A DNA stretch of 64,000 nucleotides from Thermoplasmata archaeon (GTDB lineage Archaea > Thermoplasmatota > Thermoplasmata > Lutacidiplasmatales > UBA184): NCBI GenBank assembly GCA_030040775.1, contig JASHTB010000009.1, positions 29,545 through 93,544 on the forward strand. The letters are read 5' to 3'. The notes under the pieces were generated by a model. The model had not been told where the DNA came from, searched no databases, and saw nothing but the letters and a program-made list of their open reading frames with translations. The translations under genes and the position numbers were made by a program. Below, one piece after another: positions 26,464 to 35,617 of the stretch; position 1 is the stretch's first letter, and each line of letters begins with the position of its first letter.

Positions 26464-27441
26464 ATGAACCCTCTAGCGTCCTCCTCGCCTTCGAAAGGCC
26501 CCGGGACCTCGCGCCGGAACTCTGCGGTCGCGGCCTCGCTTCTCGCGGCGCTGCTCTGGTCGAGCTGGTACATCTTCGTCCTGAGGATCTCCCCCGGGAC
26601 CGCCCCGTCCGCAATCCTCGTCTACCCGTTCCTTTTCGGCGGGGTCGCGTACGCTGGTTGGGCCGTCGCGGAGGGTCACGGCCGGGCGTTCGTCCAGGTG
26701 TGGAGAGAGCCGTCTGCCTACCTCCGCACGGCGCTCCTGGTCGGCATGCAGTTCTCCGTGCTCGCGTCCACGTATCTCACGGGGCCGGTCGACACGTCAC
26801 TCCTCTCGCTCATCGGGGACGTGGTCGCGACACCTCTTCTCGTCGCGTTCGTCCTGGGCCAGCATCGGGAACAGATCCGCTCCCCTCTCTTCGCGCTGGG
26901 ACTCGTGTTGAGCCTCGCCGGGGGAACGATGGCGATCGCGGGCGGAAGGAGCCTGGCAACCGTGCACGGCGCCGGGTGGCTCGTCGTGCCGGTCGTTCCG
27001 CTCACCGTCGCGTGGTACTTCCTGTTGACGGCGCTTGCCAACATGCAGGCGCCGACGTCCGCGGTCGTCGGTCAATCGATGCTCGCGGCCGGGGCCGTCT
27101 CGCTGGTCCTCGCGCCCACGGTCCCGGGCGGGTGGGCCGGGGTCGCCTCGGTCTCGGCCGACCCTGTCTTCGTTCTCCTCGCCACGGGGCTCACGAGCTT
27201 CTTCCTTGCCCCGGTGCTCTACTTCGCCGCCCTCGGACGCGTCGGTCTTGTGATTCCGCCGATGCTGATGACGGGGGTCCCGGTCTTCACGCTTCTCCTG
27301 TCGGGCATTGTGCTCCATCTCTCTCTGCCGCTTCTGGCGCTTTTCGGGATACCCGTGGTGATCGTCGGGGCGCTCCTCACCCTCCGGGCCGAACGGCCGG
27401 AGCGACCGAGCACGACCGCGACTACAGGACCTATGACCTAG
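26464..27441 (+). CDS. EamA/DMT-superfamily transporter (10 TM)
   Basis: Two repeated 5-TM EamA-like halves, W/Y-rich interface, 325 aa. Confidence 0.7.
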   Translation: MNPLASSSPSKGPGTSRRNSAVAASLLAALLWSSWYIFVLRISPGTAPSAILVYPFLFGGVAYAGWAVAEGHGRAFVQVWREPSAYLRTALLVGMQFSVLASTYLTGPVDTSLLSLIGDVVATPLLVAFVLGQHREQIRSPLFALGLVLSLAGGTMAIAGGRSLATVHGAGWLVVPVVPLTVAWYFLLTALANMQAPTSAVVGQSMLAAGAVSLVLAPTVPGGWAGVASVSADPVFVLLATGLTSFFLAPVLYFAALGRVGLVIPPMLMTGVPVFTLLLSGIVLHLSLPLLALFGIPVVIVGALLTLRAERPERPSTTATTGPMT

Positions 27442-27600
27442 GTTCCTCGCGGGCGCGCTCGTGGCCCAGGACGGGTGAGCGGGCCGGGACCGTGACTCCT
27501 CTCAGGGGGGTTTCCAGCACCGAACCCTCCAAGCAGGGTCGTCTGTCTGTGGCCCGATAGCATGAGAGCGCCAGACTCGAACCCTCTAGCCCACGGCCTA

Positions 27601-30117
27601 TCACTCGAAGTCCGCGAGCCTCTTCGTTGTCGTCCGGCGCTTCTTCCGTACGTCAAGGTCGGCGAGTGGCGTATCGAGGGAGGCGGGAGGCCCGACGGCC
27701 GCGGGGGCAGGGCCCGGCTGCGCCTGACCGAGCCGCCGCTGACGGGTCCCGCCGAGGAGAGCGGAGGCATCCCAATCGAACACCTCCGTCACCCGTGCGA
27801 GCGTCTGAGCGACCCGATCTGCATAGTACTCCCAGTCCGGCTCCTTCGTGAAGGGCCGTCCCTCCACCCACGGCTCGATCCCTTGCGGGCTCTCTCGCGA
27901 GTTGGTCACGACCCAGGCGACCCGCATCCCGGGGATCACATCGTACCCTTCGGACTTGAGCTGCTTGAAGACCCGGAGGAAGGGGAGCCCTTCCCGCGTC
28001 GACTCGTTGTACTCGCTCTCGGGACGCACCGTCCGGGCGATGACCAGCCGATCGACGGGCACCTGCTTAGCCCGGACCGCGGCGACGAGCTCCCGCGCCC
28101 GCCGTACCGCTCCGTCCGTGTCCCCGCGCAGCACGAGGTCGAAGACCTCGAGGAGGGCCTCCGACTGATAGTCGAACGCGTCCGTTCGGCGGGTCTCGTA
28201 GCCGCGAACGACGAGCTCCTCTCGGGGCCAGACCGTGCGACCGACGTAGCGCTTCTTTACGCCGTGAGAGAAGAACGCCTCGTAGACCGACTGGAACTCG
28301 AAGGTGACCCCTTCGTGGGTGAACCGCTTCGCCACCGACTCGCCGAACTCGCGCGCGCCTTCGAGCGAAGCGACCGGTGAGCGGACGAAGACCGAGTCGG
28401 TGTCGGAGTAGACGACCTCGTAGCCGTCCTTCTCGAGCTCGCGGATGATGGAAGTGATCGCCTCGCGGGCGAACGCGGTGATGGCGGCACCGATCTCCTT
28501 GTTCGTGAACCGGTAGAAGCTCGAGGCGAGGACCCCGTAGAACGAGTTCATCAAGACCTTGACGGCGTTCTGCAGGCCGTCGTAGTACTCGGCGAGCTCT
28601 TTCGTCGGGGCGGACCGCTCTTCGCGGCGGAACCGGTCCCGGTCTGCGAGGAGCTCCTCGAGGATCTCGGGGATGAGACCTCGGCGAACGGTCGGGGCGA
28701 GGAATCGGGCGCCCGACGGAGCCACGGTCGTCCCTTCGGGGGAAAGGGTCGTGAAGCAGAGGTTGCGGGAGATGATGATCGAAGGGTACATCGATTTGAA
28801 GTCCAGAACCACGACCCAACGGTACATCCCCGGTCGGATCGTGTGGACGTAGCCTCCCTCGATGGGCGCCTCTCGACCCCCGTAGTGGTTCATCGGAACG
28901 CCGACACCCCGGGCGTCGGCTCGCGGGATCAGCATCGCGTCGATGAACAGGGAGGTCCGTCCGTTCATCCCCTCCTCGAGGGGGAGGCGAGCGACGGTCG
29001 CGAGATCCTCGGCTCGTTCGGTCGCTCGCAGGCGATAAAGGATGCGCAGCGCGAGGTCGGCATCGTGCTCGCAGTACTCCATGACCCGCTCCTGGTCTTT
29101 CGCCCACTCTTCGTCGATGTTGCGTCGGTCGACCGCGAGCTTCGAGTCGCCGAGCAGGGTCCGGGCGACGAACTGGAGGGTCTCCTGCTTCGGGCGCAGG
29201 TCGCGCCGTACGGACCACCACGCATCCGCGACGACCCGCCCCGTGACCTTCCAGAGCCGTTCGCCCATCTCTCTCGGGCCGGTCCGCTCCCGGCCGAGAG
29301 CGAGGACGTCGAGACCGTTCGCGCGGGCCCGCTCGACCAAGAGGGGAAAGTCGTAGCCTCCGATGTTGTATCCCGTGATCACGTCCGGGTCGTCTTCCGC
29401 GACGACCCGGACGAACTCCTCGAGGATCTTCCGCTCGCTTTCCCCCCGAAGGCGGAACGTCCTCCGTTCGCGTCCCGCTCCCTCGGCGACGCCGCAGATC
29501 GTGAAGATCGTTCTCTGGCGGATCGCGTTCTCGATGTCGAACGAAAGGACCCTTAGGGAAGGCCGGAACGCTTCGGCGGGGCGGATCTCGTGCCCGTCGC
29601 CGGTCACGACCCGCACGACCGTGGGAACGGTGTAGCGGGCCCGGACCTCCTCCGGTTCGTCCTCCGCTTCGAAGGCGACCGTGAGCCCGAGGTGCCGGTC
29701 GTAGAGGAAACGGTGAACGAACGGGATGTCGCAGGCGAGCACGCTCGCCTCGTCGCCCCGGCGTCGGTACTGCTCCCGGTACTGGGGCACGAGCCAAGGT
29801 CGGTGGAGGGTGACCCGCACGGCCGGCCGGTCCCTTCCCGCCACCCAGGCTGTGATGTCCGTCACCGCCACAACCTCGGGATCCTTCGCGAGGCGCTCGC
29901 GGTCCTCCGCGGTCGGCTCGGTGAGGACGAAGTACGGTCGGAACCCGTAGTACCGAGCGACAACGGCGGAATCCTCTCGGGTCCGCCCGAACAGTTCGAC
30001 GACCACGTCGTCCTCTCGGGCCTGGTACGAGCCCTCGAGCACGAACAATTCGACCGTTCGCACGGCGTTCGCGAGCCCGAGCGGCGTTAAGACGTCTTGT
30101 TCGAGCGGGCCTCCCAC
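27601..30117 (-). CDS. polB: DNA polymerase, family B (archaeal PolB)
   Basis: Exo I FDIE (SFDIENA), Pol A DFKSMYPSII, Pol C YSDTDSVFV, KxY region; 838 aa, no intein. Confidence 0.9.
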   Translation of the reverse strand: MGGPLEQDVLTPLGLANAVRTVELFVLEGSYQAREDDVVVELFGRTREDSAVVARYYGFRPYFVLTEPTAEDRERLAKDPEVVAVTDITAWVAGRDRPAVRVTLHRPWLVPQYREQYRRRGDEASVLACDIPFVHRFLYDRHLGLTVAFEAEDEPEEVRARYTVPTVVRVVTGDGHEIRPAEAFRPSLRVLSFDIENAIRQRTIFTICGVAEGAGRERRTFRLRGESERKILEEFVRVVAEDDPDVITGYNIGGYDFPLLVERARANGLDVLALGRERTGPREMGERLWKVTGRVVADAWWSVRRDLRPKQETLQFVARTLLGDSKLAVDRRNIDEEWAKDQERVMEYCEHDADLALRILYRLRATERAEDLATVARLPLEEGMNGRTSLFIDAMLIPRADARGVGVPMNHYGGREAPIEGGYVHTIRPGMYRWVVVLDFKSMYPSIIISRNLCFTTLSPEGTTVAPSGARFLAPTVRRGLIPEILEELLADRDRFRREERSAPTKELAEYYDGLQNAVKVLMNSFYGVLASSFYRFTNKEIGAAITAFAREAITSIIRELEKDGYEVVYSDTDSVFVRSPVASLEGAREFGESVAKRFTHEGVTFEFQSVYEAFFSHGVKKRYVGRTVWPREELVVRGYETRRTDAFDYQSEALLEVFDLVLRGDTDGAVRRARELVAAVRAKQVPVDRLVIARTVRPESEYNESTREGLPFLRVFKQLKSEGYDVIPGMRVAWVVTNSRESPQGIEPWVEGRPFTKEPDWEYYADRVAQTLARVTEVFDWDASALLGGTRQRRLGQAQPGPAPAAVGPPASLDTPLADLDVRKKRRTTTKRLADFE

Positions 30118-30728
30118 CAGCGGCGGAACTTACGAAGGTCCGCTTCCCAACGCCGGGCCCATCGGCGGGAGCGCATCGCAGCGGCGGGGTGGATCCAGGG
30201 GAAAAGGGGGGGCTCGCCCTCTTCCCGAGGAGCCCCGGCCGCCTCGAGGAGAGCGGGAGCGGTTGGGTCGAGCGACCGTAAGGCCCAGGCTCCCAGCGTG
30301 ACGATCACCTCGGGATGCAGCAACGCAAGCTGCCGGTCGAGGTACGGACGGCACGTCCGTGCCGCGGCACGGTCGAATCGGTTTTCGGGCGGACGGCACT
30401 TGAGGACGTTGAGCACTCCGTACGAGCCGTCGGCGAGCCCCACCCTTCGAATCGCCTCGTTGAGGCGCGAACCGGCTCGGCCGACGAAGGGGAGTCCGGT
30501 CCGGTCTTCCTCGACGCCCGGGGCCTCGCCCACGAACACCACGCGGGGAGCGAGGCTTCCGCGATAGACGACTGCGTTCGTCCGTAGGAATCCCAGCGGG
30601 CAGAGCCGGCAGGCGCGGATCTGCTCGGAAAGGCGCGCCCACGAGCGCCGGGTCGCGGCCGGAGCCGGAACGCTCGCGACCCGGCCGTTCGTCCGCTGCC
30701 TGCGGGCCGCTCCGCGAACGCGCGCCAT
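30087..30728 (-). CDS. udg: uracil-DNA glycosylase, family 4 (thermostable 4Fe-4S type)
   Basis: CRLCPL ... VFVGEAPGVEEDRTGLPFVGRAG ... H-rich C-terminal Fe-S ligand motifs typical of family-4 UDG. Start set at ATG 30728 (track ORF extends to 30821). 3' end overlaps polB start by 31 nt. Confidence 0.8.
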   Translation of the reverse strand: MARVRGAARRQRTNGRVASVPAPAATRRSWARLSEQIRACRLCPLGFLRTNAVVYRGSLAPRVVFVGEAPGVEEDRTGLPFVGRAGSRLNEAIRRVGLADGSYGVLNVLKCRPPENRFDRAAARTCRPYLDRQLALLHPEVIVTLGAWALRSLDPTAPALLEAAGAPREEGEPPLFPWIHPAAAMRSRRWARRWEADLRKFRRWWEARSNKTS

Positions 30729-30774
30729 CGCCGGGTCCGATTTTCTCCGTTCCGGCGGAAAGTCGGGACCGACC

Positions 30775-30783
30775 TTAAATAGG
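30775..30783 (+). promoter_or_regulatory. TATA-like box TTAAATAGG upstream of rps12
   Basis: A/T-rich nonamer 32 nt before the rps12 ATG; same AAATAGG core as upstream of rps8e. Confidence 0.4.
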
Positions 30784-30814
30784 GCCACCCTGTGGCTCGG
30801 CCCCTTCGCCGAAA

Positions 30815-31249
30815 ATGACACCGCCTTCCGGACTCAACACAGCGGGCCGCCTGGCCCGGCTCCGCCAGCGCCGGCGCTGGTCGGACCGCTACTACAAGCG
30901 TCGCACGCTCCATCTGAAGGAGCGGTCGGACCCGCTCGAGGGAGCGCCCCAGGCTCGAGGGATCGTCATCGAGAAGGTCGGGGTCGAGGCGAAGCAGCCG
31001 AACTCGGCGATCCGCAAGTGCATCAAGGTCCAGCTGATCAAGAACGGACGACAAGTCACGGCGTTCGCCGTCGGCGACGGAGCGATCAACTTCATCGACG
31101 AACACGATGAGGTCCTGGTCGAGGGTATCGGGGGGCGGATGGGTCGTTCCTACGGGGACATCCCCGGCGTCCGGTACAAGGTGATCCAGGTGAACAACGT
31201 CTCGCTCGACGAGCTCGTCCGGGGCCGGAAGGAGAAGCCGGCCCGATGA
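30815..31249 (+). CDS. rps12: 30S ribosomal protein S12 (uS12)
   Basis: [46 protein letters not shown] is the conserved uS12 core. Confidence 0.9.
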   Translation: MTPPSGLNTAGRLARLRQRRRWSDRYYKRRTLHLKERSDPLEGAPQARGIVIEKVGVEAKQPNSAIRKCIKVQLIKNGRQVTAFAVGDGAINFIDEHDEVLVEGIGGRMGRSYGDIPGVRYKVIQVNNVSLDELVRGRKEKPAR

Positions 31250-31905
31250 GCGGGAATCCCGAGCCGATCGTCGCGGTCGAGACCGGCGAAGAGCCGGGAC
31301 CGGTCGTTCAGCGGCCGCAACCGCCCCCGCCTCCGCCGTTCGCCGTGCCCCCCCTCTTCGGAAAGTACCCGTTCGAGGGGATCGAGGTCCACGACCCGGG
31401 GCTCCTGCCGTACCTGTACCTCCATCCGGTCTACGCCCCCCACTCGGAGGGTCGCCTCACCGGCCGCCCGTTCCTCAAGAGTCGCATGCACCTCGTGGAA
31501 CGTCTCGCCAACCACCTGATGAAGGGCGGCAAGTTCACGGGCAAGAAGTCGAAGGCGATCGCCACCGTCCGCAAGGCGTTCGACGAGCTCGCTCAAAAGG
31601 AAGGGAAGAACCCGCTCCAGCTCCTCGTCGATGCGGTCGAGAACGCCGCTCCCCGCGAGGAGGTAACGCGCCTACAGTTCGGCGGAATCTCGGTACCCCG
31701 CGCCGTGGATGCGTCCCCGGCTCGCCGGCTCAACGTGGCGATCCGTAACCTCGCCCTCGGGGCCATCCAGGCCTCGCGCAAGTCGACGAAGCCGATCCAC
31801 ACCTGTCTCGCGGACGAGATCCGCCTCGCCGCTCAGGGAGACCTGACCTCCTTTGCTGTGGGCCGCAAGGAAGAGGTCGAACGCGTGGCCCAGTCGGCGC
31901 GGTAG
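31246..31905 (+). CDS. rps7: 30S ribosomal protein S7 (uS7) with Pro-rich N-terminal insertion
   Basis: ATGA overlap with rps12. [38 protein letters not shown] uS7 core; unusual [14 protein letters not shown] insertion near N-terminus. Confidence 0.9.
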   Translation: MSGNPEPIVAVETGEEPGPVVQRPQPPPPPPFAVPPLFGKYPFEGIEVHDPGLLPYLYLHPVYAPHSEGRLTGRPFLKSRMHLVERLANHLMKGGKFTGKKSKAIATVRKAFDELAQKEGKNPLQLLVDAVENAAPREEVTRLQFGGISVPRAVDASPARRLNVAIRNLALGAIQASRKSTKPIHTCLADEIRLAAQGDLTSFAVGRKEEVERVAQSAR

Positions 31906-31923
31906 AGGCCGAGGAGGAGCCCT

Positions 31924-34125
31924 GTGACGCACATCCGAAGCGAGCTGGCGAAGGCCATTCCCGAGATGATGCACAGCGTCGACAAGATCCGCAACATCGG
32001 GATCGTCGCCCACATCCACCACGGGAAGACCACGCTCTCCGACAACCTGCTCGCCGCGGCGGGGATGATCTCGAACGAGCTCGCGGGTAAACAGCTCTAC
32101 CTCAACTTCGACGAGCAGGAGCAGGCGCGCCTATTGACGATCAACAACGCGGACGTGACGATCGTCCACGAGTTCGAGAACGAGAACTATCTGATCAACC
32201 TCATCGACACCCCCGGTCACGTCGACTTCGGCGGCGACGTGACCCGGGCGATGCGGGCGGTCGACGGGGCGATCGTCGTCGTCTGTGCGGTCGAAGGGGT
32301 GATGGCCCAGACGGAGACCGTCCTACGCCAGGCGCTCCGGGAGAAGGTGAAGCCGGTCCTGTTCATCAACAAGGTCGACCGCGCCATCAAGGAGCTCAAG
32401 CTCACGCCCGAATCGCTTCAGAAGCGGTTCACGTCGATCATCACCGAGGTCAACGAGCTGATCCGAAAAATGGCCCCGGAGGAGTTCGTGGACGAGTGGA
32501 GCGTCGACCCACGGGACGGGTCGGTCGCCTTCGGCTCCGGCTACGAGAACTGGGCGATTAGCGTTCCGTACATGCAGCGGACCGGCGTGAAGTTCCCCGA
32601 CATCATCGACTACGTCTCCACCGGTCGCTCGAAGGAGATTGCCCAGCGGGCGAAGATCAACGACGTCATCTTCGACATGGTCGTGCGCCACCTTCCGAGC
32701 CCGCACGTCGCCCAGCGGTATCGGATCCCGAACATCTGGAAGGGTGACATCGCCACTCCGATCGGCCAGGCGATGCTCAACACCGACTCGAACGGCCCGA
32801 CCGCGTTCATGGTCACGGACATCACGATGGACCCGAGCGCCGGCGAGATCGCCACCGGCCGCGTCTTCTCCGGGCGTCTCGCGAAGGGGATGGAGCTCGC
32901 GGTCGTCGGGTCGAAGATCCGAGACCGGGTCCAACACGTGTCGCTCTTCATGGGACCGGAGCGCCTGATGGTCGAGGAGGTCACGGCCGGTAACATCGCG
33001 GCCGTCATCGGCCTCACCGACGCCTTCGCCGGTACCACGATGGCGTCGTCTGCCGAGATGGCCCCGTTCGAAGAGATCCGGCACGTTTCGGAACCGGTCG
33101 TCACGGTCGCCATCGAGCCGAAGCGGATGGCCGACCTCCCGAAACTCATCGAGGTGATGCGGAAGATTGCGAAGGAGGACGCGAGCTTGCGGGTGGAGAT
33201 CAACCAGGAGACCGGAGAGCATCTCCTTTCGGGCATGGGCGAGCTCCACCTGGAGATCACTCAGTACCGGATCGTCAACGACTACAAGGTCGAGATCGAA
33301 GCTTCGAAGCCGATCGTCGTCTACCGCGAGGTCGTGGCCCACGCGGGAGGCCCGTTCGAAGGGAAGTCCCCGAACAAGCACAACCGGTTCTACTTCGAGG
33401 TCGAACCGCTCCCGGCGGCGGTCGTTCAGGCGATCCGGGACGGCGAGATCCCCCAGGGGAAGTCGTTCAAGGATGTGAAGACGCTCGTCAACAAGATGGA
33501 GCAACTCGGAATCCCCCGCGAAGAGGGCCGCGGGATCGTCGCGGTCGAGGGTGCGAATCTCTTGCTCGATGTCACCAAGGGCATCCAGTATCTCAACGAG
33601 ACGATGGACCTGATCGTGGACGCGTTCAAAGAGGCGATGAACCGAGGCCCGCTCGCCAACGAAAAGGTCCTCGGGCTCAAGGTCCGCCTGGTGGACGCGA
33701 AGCTCCACGAGGACTCGATCCACCGGGGGCCGGCCCAGACGATCCCGGCCGCCCGCTCGGGGATGTACGGAGCGATGGTCCTCGGGGAAAGGGTCCTCCT
33801 CGAGCCGTTCCAGAAGGCGACCGTGAACGTGCCCCAGGAGGTCCTTGCCAGCGCGACCCGCGAGCTCCAGCGGCGCCGAGGCGAGATTCAGGACATGACG
33901 AGCGTCGGCGACCTCCAGACGATCGTCGCGAAGGTCCCGGTCGCCGAGATGTTCGGCTTTGCCTCCGACATCCGCTCGGCCACCGCGGGCAAGGTCCTCT
34001 GGGCGACCGAAGCGATGGGCTTCGAGCCGGTTCCTCCGGCGCTGCAGCCGGCCGTGGTCGCCGAGATCCGTCAACGACGGGGCCTGAAGCCGGAACCGTA
34101 CGACGCGGCCTACTACGCCGGGTAG
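31924..34125 (+). CDS. fusA: translation elongation factor 2 (aEF-2)
   Basis: G-domain AHIHHGKTT, DTPGHVDF, NKVDR; domain IV diphthamide-site context SIHRGPAQTIP; 733 aa; GTG start. str-operon order S12-S7-EF2. Confidence 0.95.
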   Translation: MTHIRSELAKAIPEMMHSVDKIRNIGIVAHIHHGKTTLSDNLLAAAGMISNELAGKQLYLNFDEQEQARLLTINNADVTIVHEFENENYLINLIDTPGHVDFGGDVTRAMRAVDGAIVVVCAVEGVMAQTETVLRQALREKVKPVLFINKVDRAIKELKLTPESLQKRFTSIITEVNELIRKMAPEEFVDEWSVDPRDGSVAFGSGYENWAISVPYMQRTGVKFPDIIDYVSTGRSKEIAQRAKINDVIFDMVVRHLPSPHVAQRYRIPNIWKGDIATPIGQAMLNTDSNGPTAFMVTDITMDPSAGEIATGRVFSGRLAKGMELAVVGSKIRDRVQHVSLFMGPERLMVEEVTAGNIAAVIGLTDAFAGTTMASSAEMAPFEEIRHVSEPVVTVAIEPKRMADLPKLIEVMRKIAKEDASLRVEINQETGEHLLSGMGELHLEITQYRIVNDYKVEIEASKPIVVYREVVAHAGGPFEGKSPNKHNRFYFEVEPLPAAVVQAIRDGEIPQGKSFKDVKTLVNKMEQLGIPREEGRGIVAVEGANLLLDVTKGIQYLNETMDLIVDAFKEAMNRGPLANEKVLGLKVRLVDAKLHEDSIHRGPAQTIPAARSGMYGAMVLGERVLLEPFQKATVNVPQEVLASATRELQRRRGEIQDMTSVGDLQTIVAKVPVAEMFGFASDIRSATAGKVLWATEAMGFEPVPPALQPAVVAEIRQRRGLKPEPYDAAYYAG

Positions 34126-34182
34126 ACCGGCTCCGGCGTCCCGTTCCTCCCCCTCGCGACTCGCCGAGGGAGGTCGGGATTA

Positions 34183-34276
34183 CCTACTACGCGGTGTAGT
34201 CGGTTTCGACTATCGAGAACAACCTACTACAGTCCGTAGCAGGAACGGAGGCTAAGCTACTACATCATGTAGTAGA
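34183..34276. repeat. array of three CTACTAC-containing inverted repeats in the convergent fusA/ogt intergenic region
   Basis: cCTACTAC-gcggt-GTAGTcg (34184-34202), cCTACTAC-agtcc-GTAGcagg (34223-34243) and perfect 9-bp palindrome CTACTACAT-c-ATGTAGTAG (34257-34275) whose centre is the ogt stop codon. Spacings 40 and 33 bp. Confidence 0.6.
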
Positions 34277-34903
34277 TTTGGCCCCGCGGCGGAGCTCGAC
34301 CTCGAGAGGGAACGTCTGGTCGAGCGTCCGCTGGCCCCTGGGTCGAGGACCTTCGGCCGACCGGGAGCGGATCGGCCATGCGCCTTCGTGGTCGAGAAGC
34401 CAACGCTTGCGCCAGAGACCGAGGCCGAAACCGGTGATCGACCCGCCGGCTCCGATGACCCGGTGGCACGGCACTACGATCGGGATCGGATTGCGGTGCA
34501 TCGCCCCTCCGACCGCCCGGGCCGCTCCGGGGTAGCCGGCCTTCCGCGCGAGCTCGCCGTACGTCACGGTGCGACCGGCCGGCACGGCCCTCAGCGCCTT
34601 CCAGACGGCCCGGTCGAACATCGAGTCAGAATCGGGGTCGGGCTCGACCTCGAACTCGGAGCGCCTACCCCGGAAGTACTCTTGGAGCTGCCGGGGAGGG
34701 CTTCCAGCGGGAAACGGGGGCCGGCGGCGCACCGCGCCGGGCGGTAGGCCGGTCTGCGCGATACCGTTCTCCAAAAGGTCGACCGCGCGCACGTTGGGGC
34801 CCTGGTAGACGATACGGAAGGTGCCGATGGGGGAGGAAACGTCCGCGTAGCCAACACCGCTCATCAGCAGGGGGAGCGGAATAGTACCATATGATTTTTT
34901 CAA
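34265..34903 (-). CDS. ogt: methylated-DNA--protein-cysteine methyltransferase (Ogt/MGMT)
   Basis: Active-site PCHRV, preceding ...TYGELA...G..AVG..NP helix-turn-helix block. Start may be the internal ATG 34864. Confidence 0.8.
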   Translation of the reverse strand: MKKSYGTIPLPLLMSGVGYADVSSPIGTFRIVYQGPNVRAVDLLENGIAQTGLPPGAVRRRPPFPAGSPPRQLQEYFRGRRSEFEVEPDPDSDSMFDRAVWKALRAVPAGRTVTYGELARKAGYPGAARAVGGAMHRNPIPIVVPCHRVIGAGGSITGFGLGLWRKRWLLDHEGAWPIRSRSAEGPRPRGQRTLDQTFPLEVELRRGAKSTT

Positions 34904-34906
34904 TCG

Positions 34907-35587
34907 CTACGGGCCTTCGAGGCCGGTCGGGGTGATGCGGAAGTCGGCGGACCCCTCAGGAAGCGATCGATGCTTGACGAGGACGACCCGACGGCGATTC
35001 CCCGGGAGCCGGTCGAAGCGAAGGATCGTCTTCGCGGCGTGGTTGAGGAACGACCCCCCGAGCGGTTCGAGCGTCCCGTCGCGGACACTGCGCCACACCT
35101 GATTCGTCAGGATTGCGGGTACGTGGGCCTTCAGGGAGGTCACGACCAGGTCGGCCACGCCGAGGGAGAGAGCCTGCCTCGCATCGTCCTCGTCCGGGCC
35201 CGAGAGGGACAATCGGTAGAAGTGCGTCCCCGAATCGACCACGAGGAGACCGACCGGCCGCTTTCCCTCGCGTGCGAGCGCGCACGCCGTCGCCACCGCC
35301 CGCTCCTGCTCCTCGAGGTTCGTCGGCGTGGACAAAAGGAACCGCTTCAGGATCCGGTCGAGACCATCCCCTGCGACGGCCCGCAGGCGGTCGACGCTGA
35401 CCCCTTCGGTGTCGATGTAGAAGACCCAGCGGCCCTCCCTCGCGACCCGGACGGCTACGTCGAGGCAGAAGAGCGTCTTCCCGCTCCCTCCCTCCCCATA
35501 GATCTCCGTGAGCGAGTCGGTCTCGAGGCCGCCGTCGAGAAGCCGGTCGACCGACACAATACCGGTCGAGAGGCGGTCGGCGGGCAC
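34907..35587 (-). CDS. radB: RecA-superfamily DNA repair protein RadB
   Basis: 226 aa, no N-terminal HhH domain, LSTGIVSVDRLLDGGLETDSLTEIYGEGGSGKT Walker A region as in archaeal RadB. Confidence 0.75.
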   Translation of the reverse strand: MPADRLSTGIVSVDRLLDGGLETDSLTEIYGEGGSGKTLFCLDVAVRVAREGRWVFYIDTEGVSVDRLRAVAGDGLDRILKRFLLSTPTNLEEQERAVATACALAREGKRPVGLLVVDSGTHFYRLSLSGPDEDDARQALSLGVADLVVTSLKAHVPAILTNQVWRSVRDGTLEPLGGSFLNHAAKTILRFDRLPGNRRRVVLVKHRSLPEGSADFRITPTGLEGP

Positions 35588-35617
35588 GAGCGCCCGAGGA
35601 GGGCGTGAGAGCTTAAT

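Noticed and set aside
27442-27600. A tRNA gene in the EamA/polB spacer, suggested by GGGTTCGAGTC and GGAGGGTTCGG T-loop-like motifs
   Set aside because: No acceptor-stem complementarity and no anticodon or D-arm could be built on either strand, with or without an intron. Kept only as a low-interest repeat finding.
31246-31905. Polyproline run (PPPPPPP) in S7 as a frameshift or contamination signal
   Set aside because: The frame is intact on both sides and the uS7 core follows. It is interpreted as a lineage-specific Pro-rich insertion.
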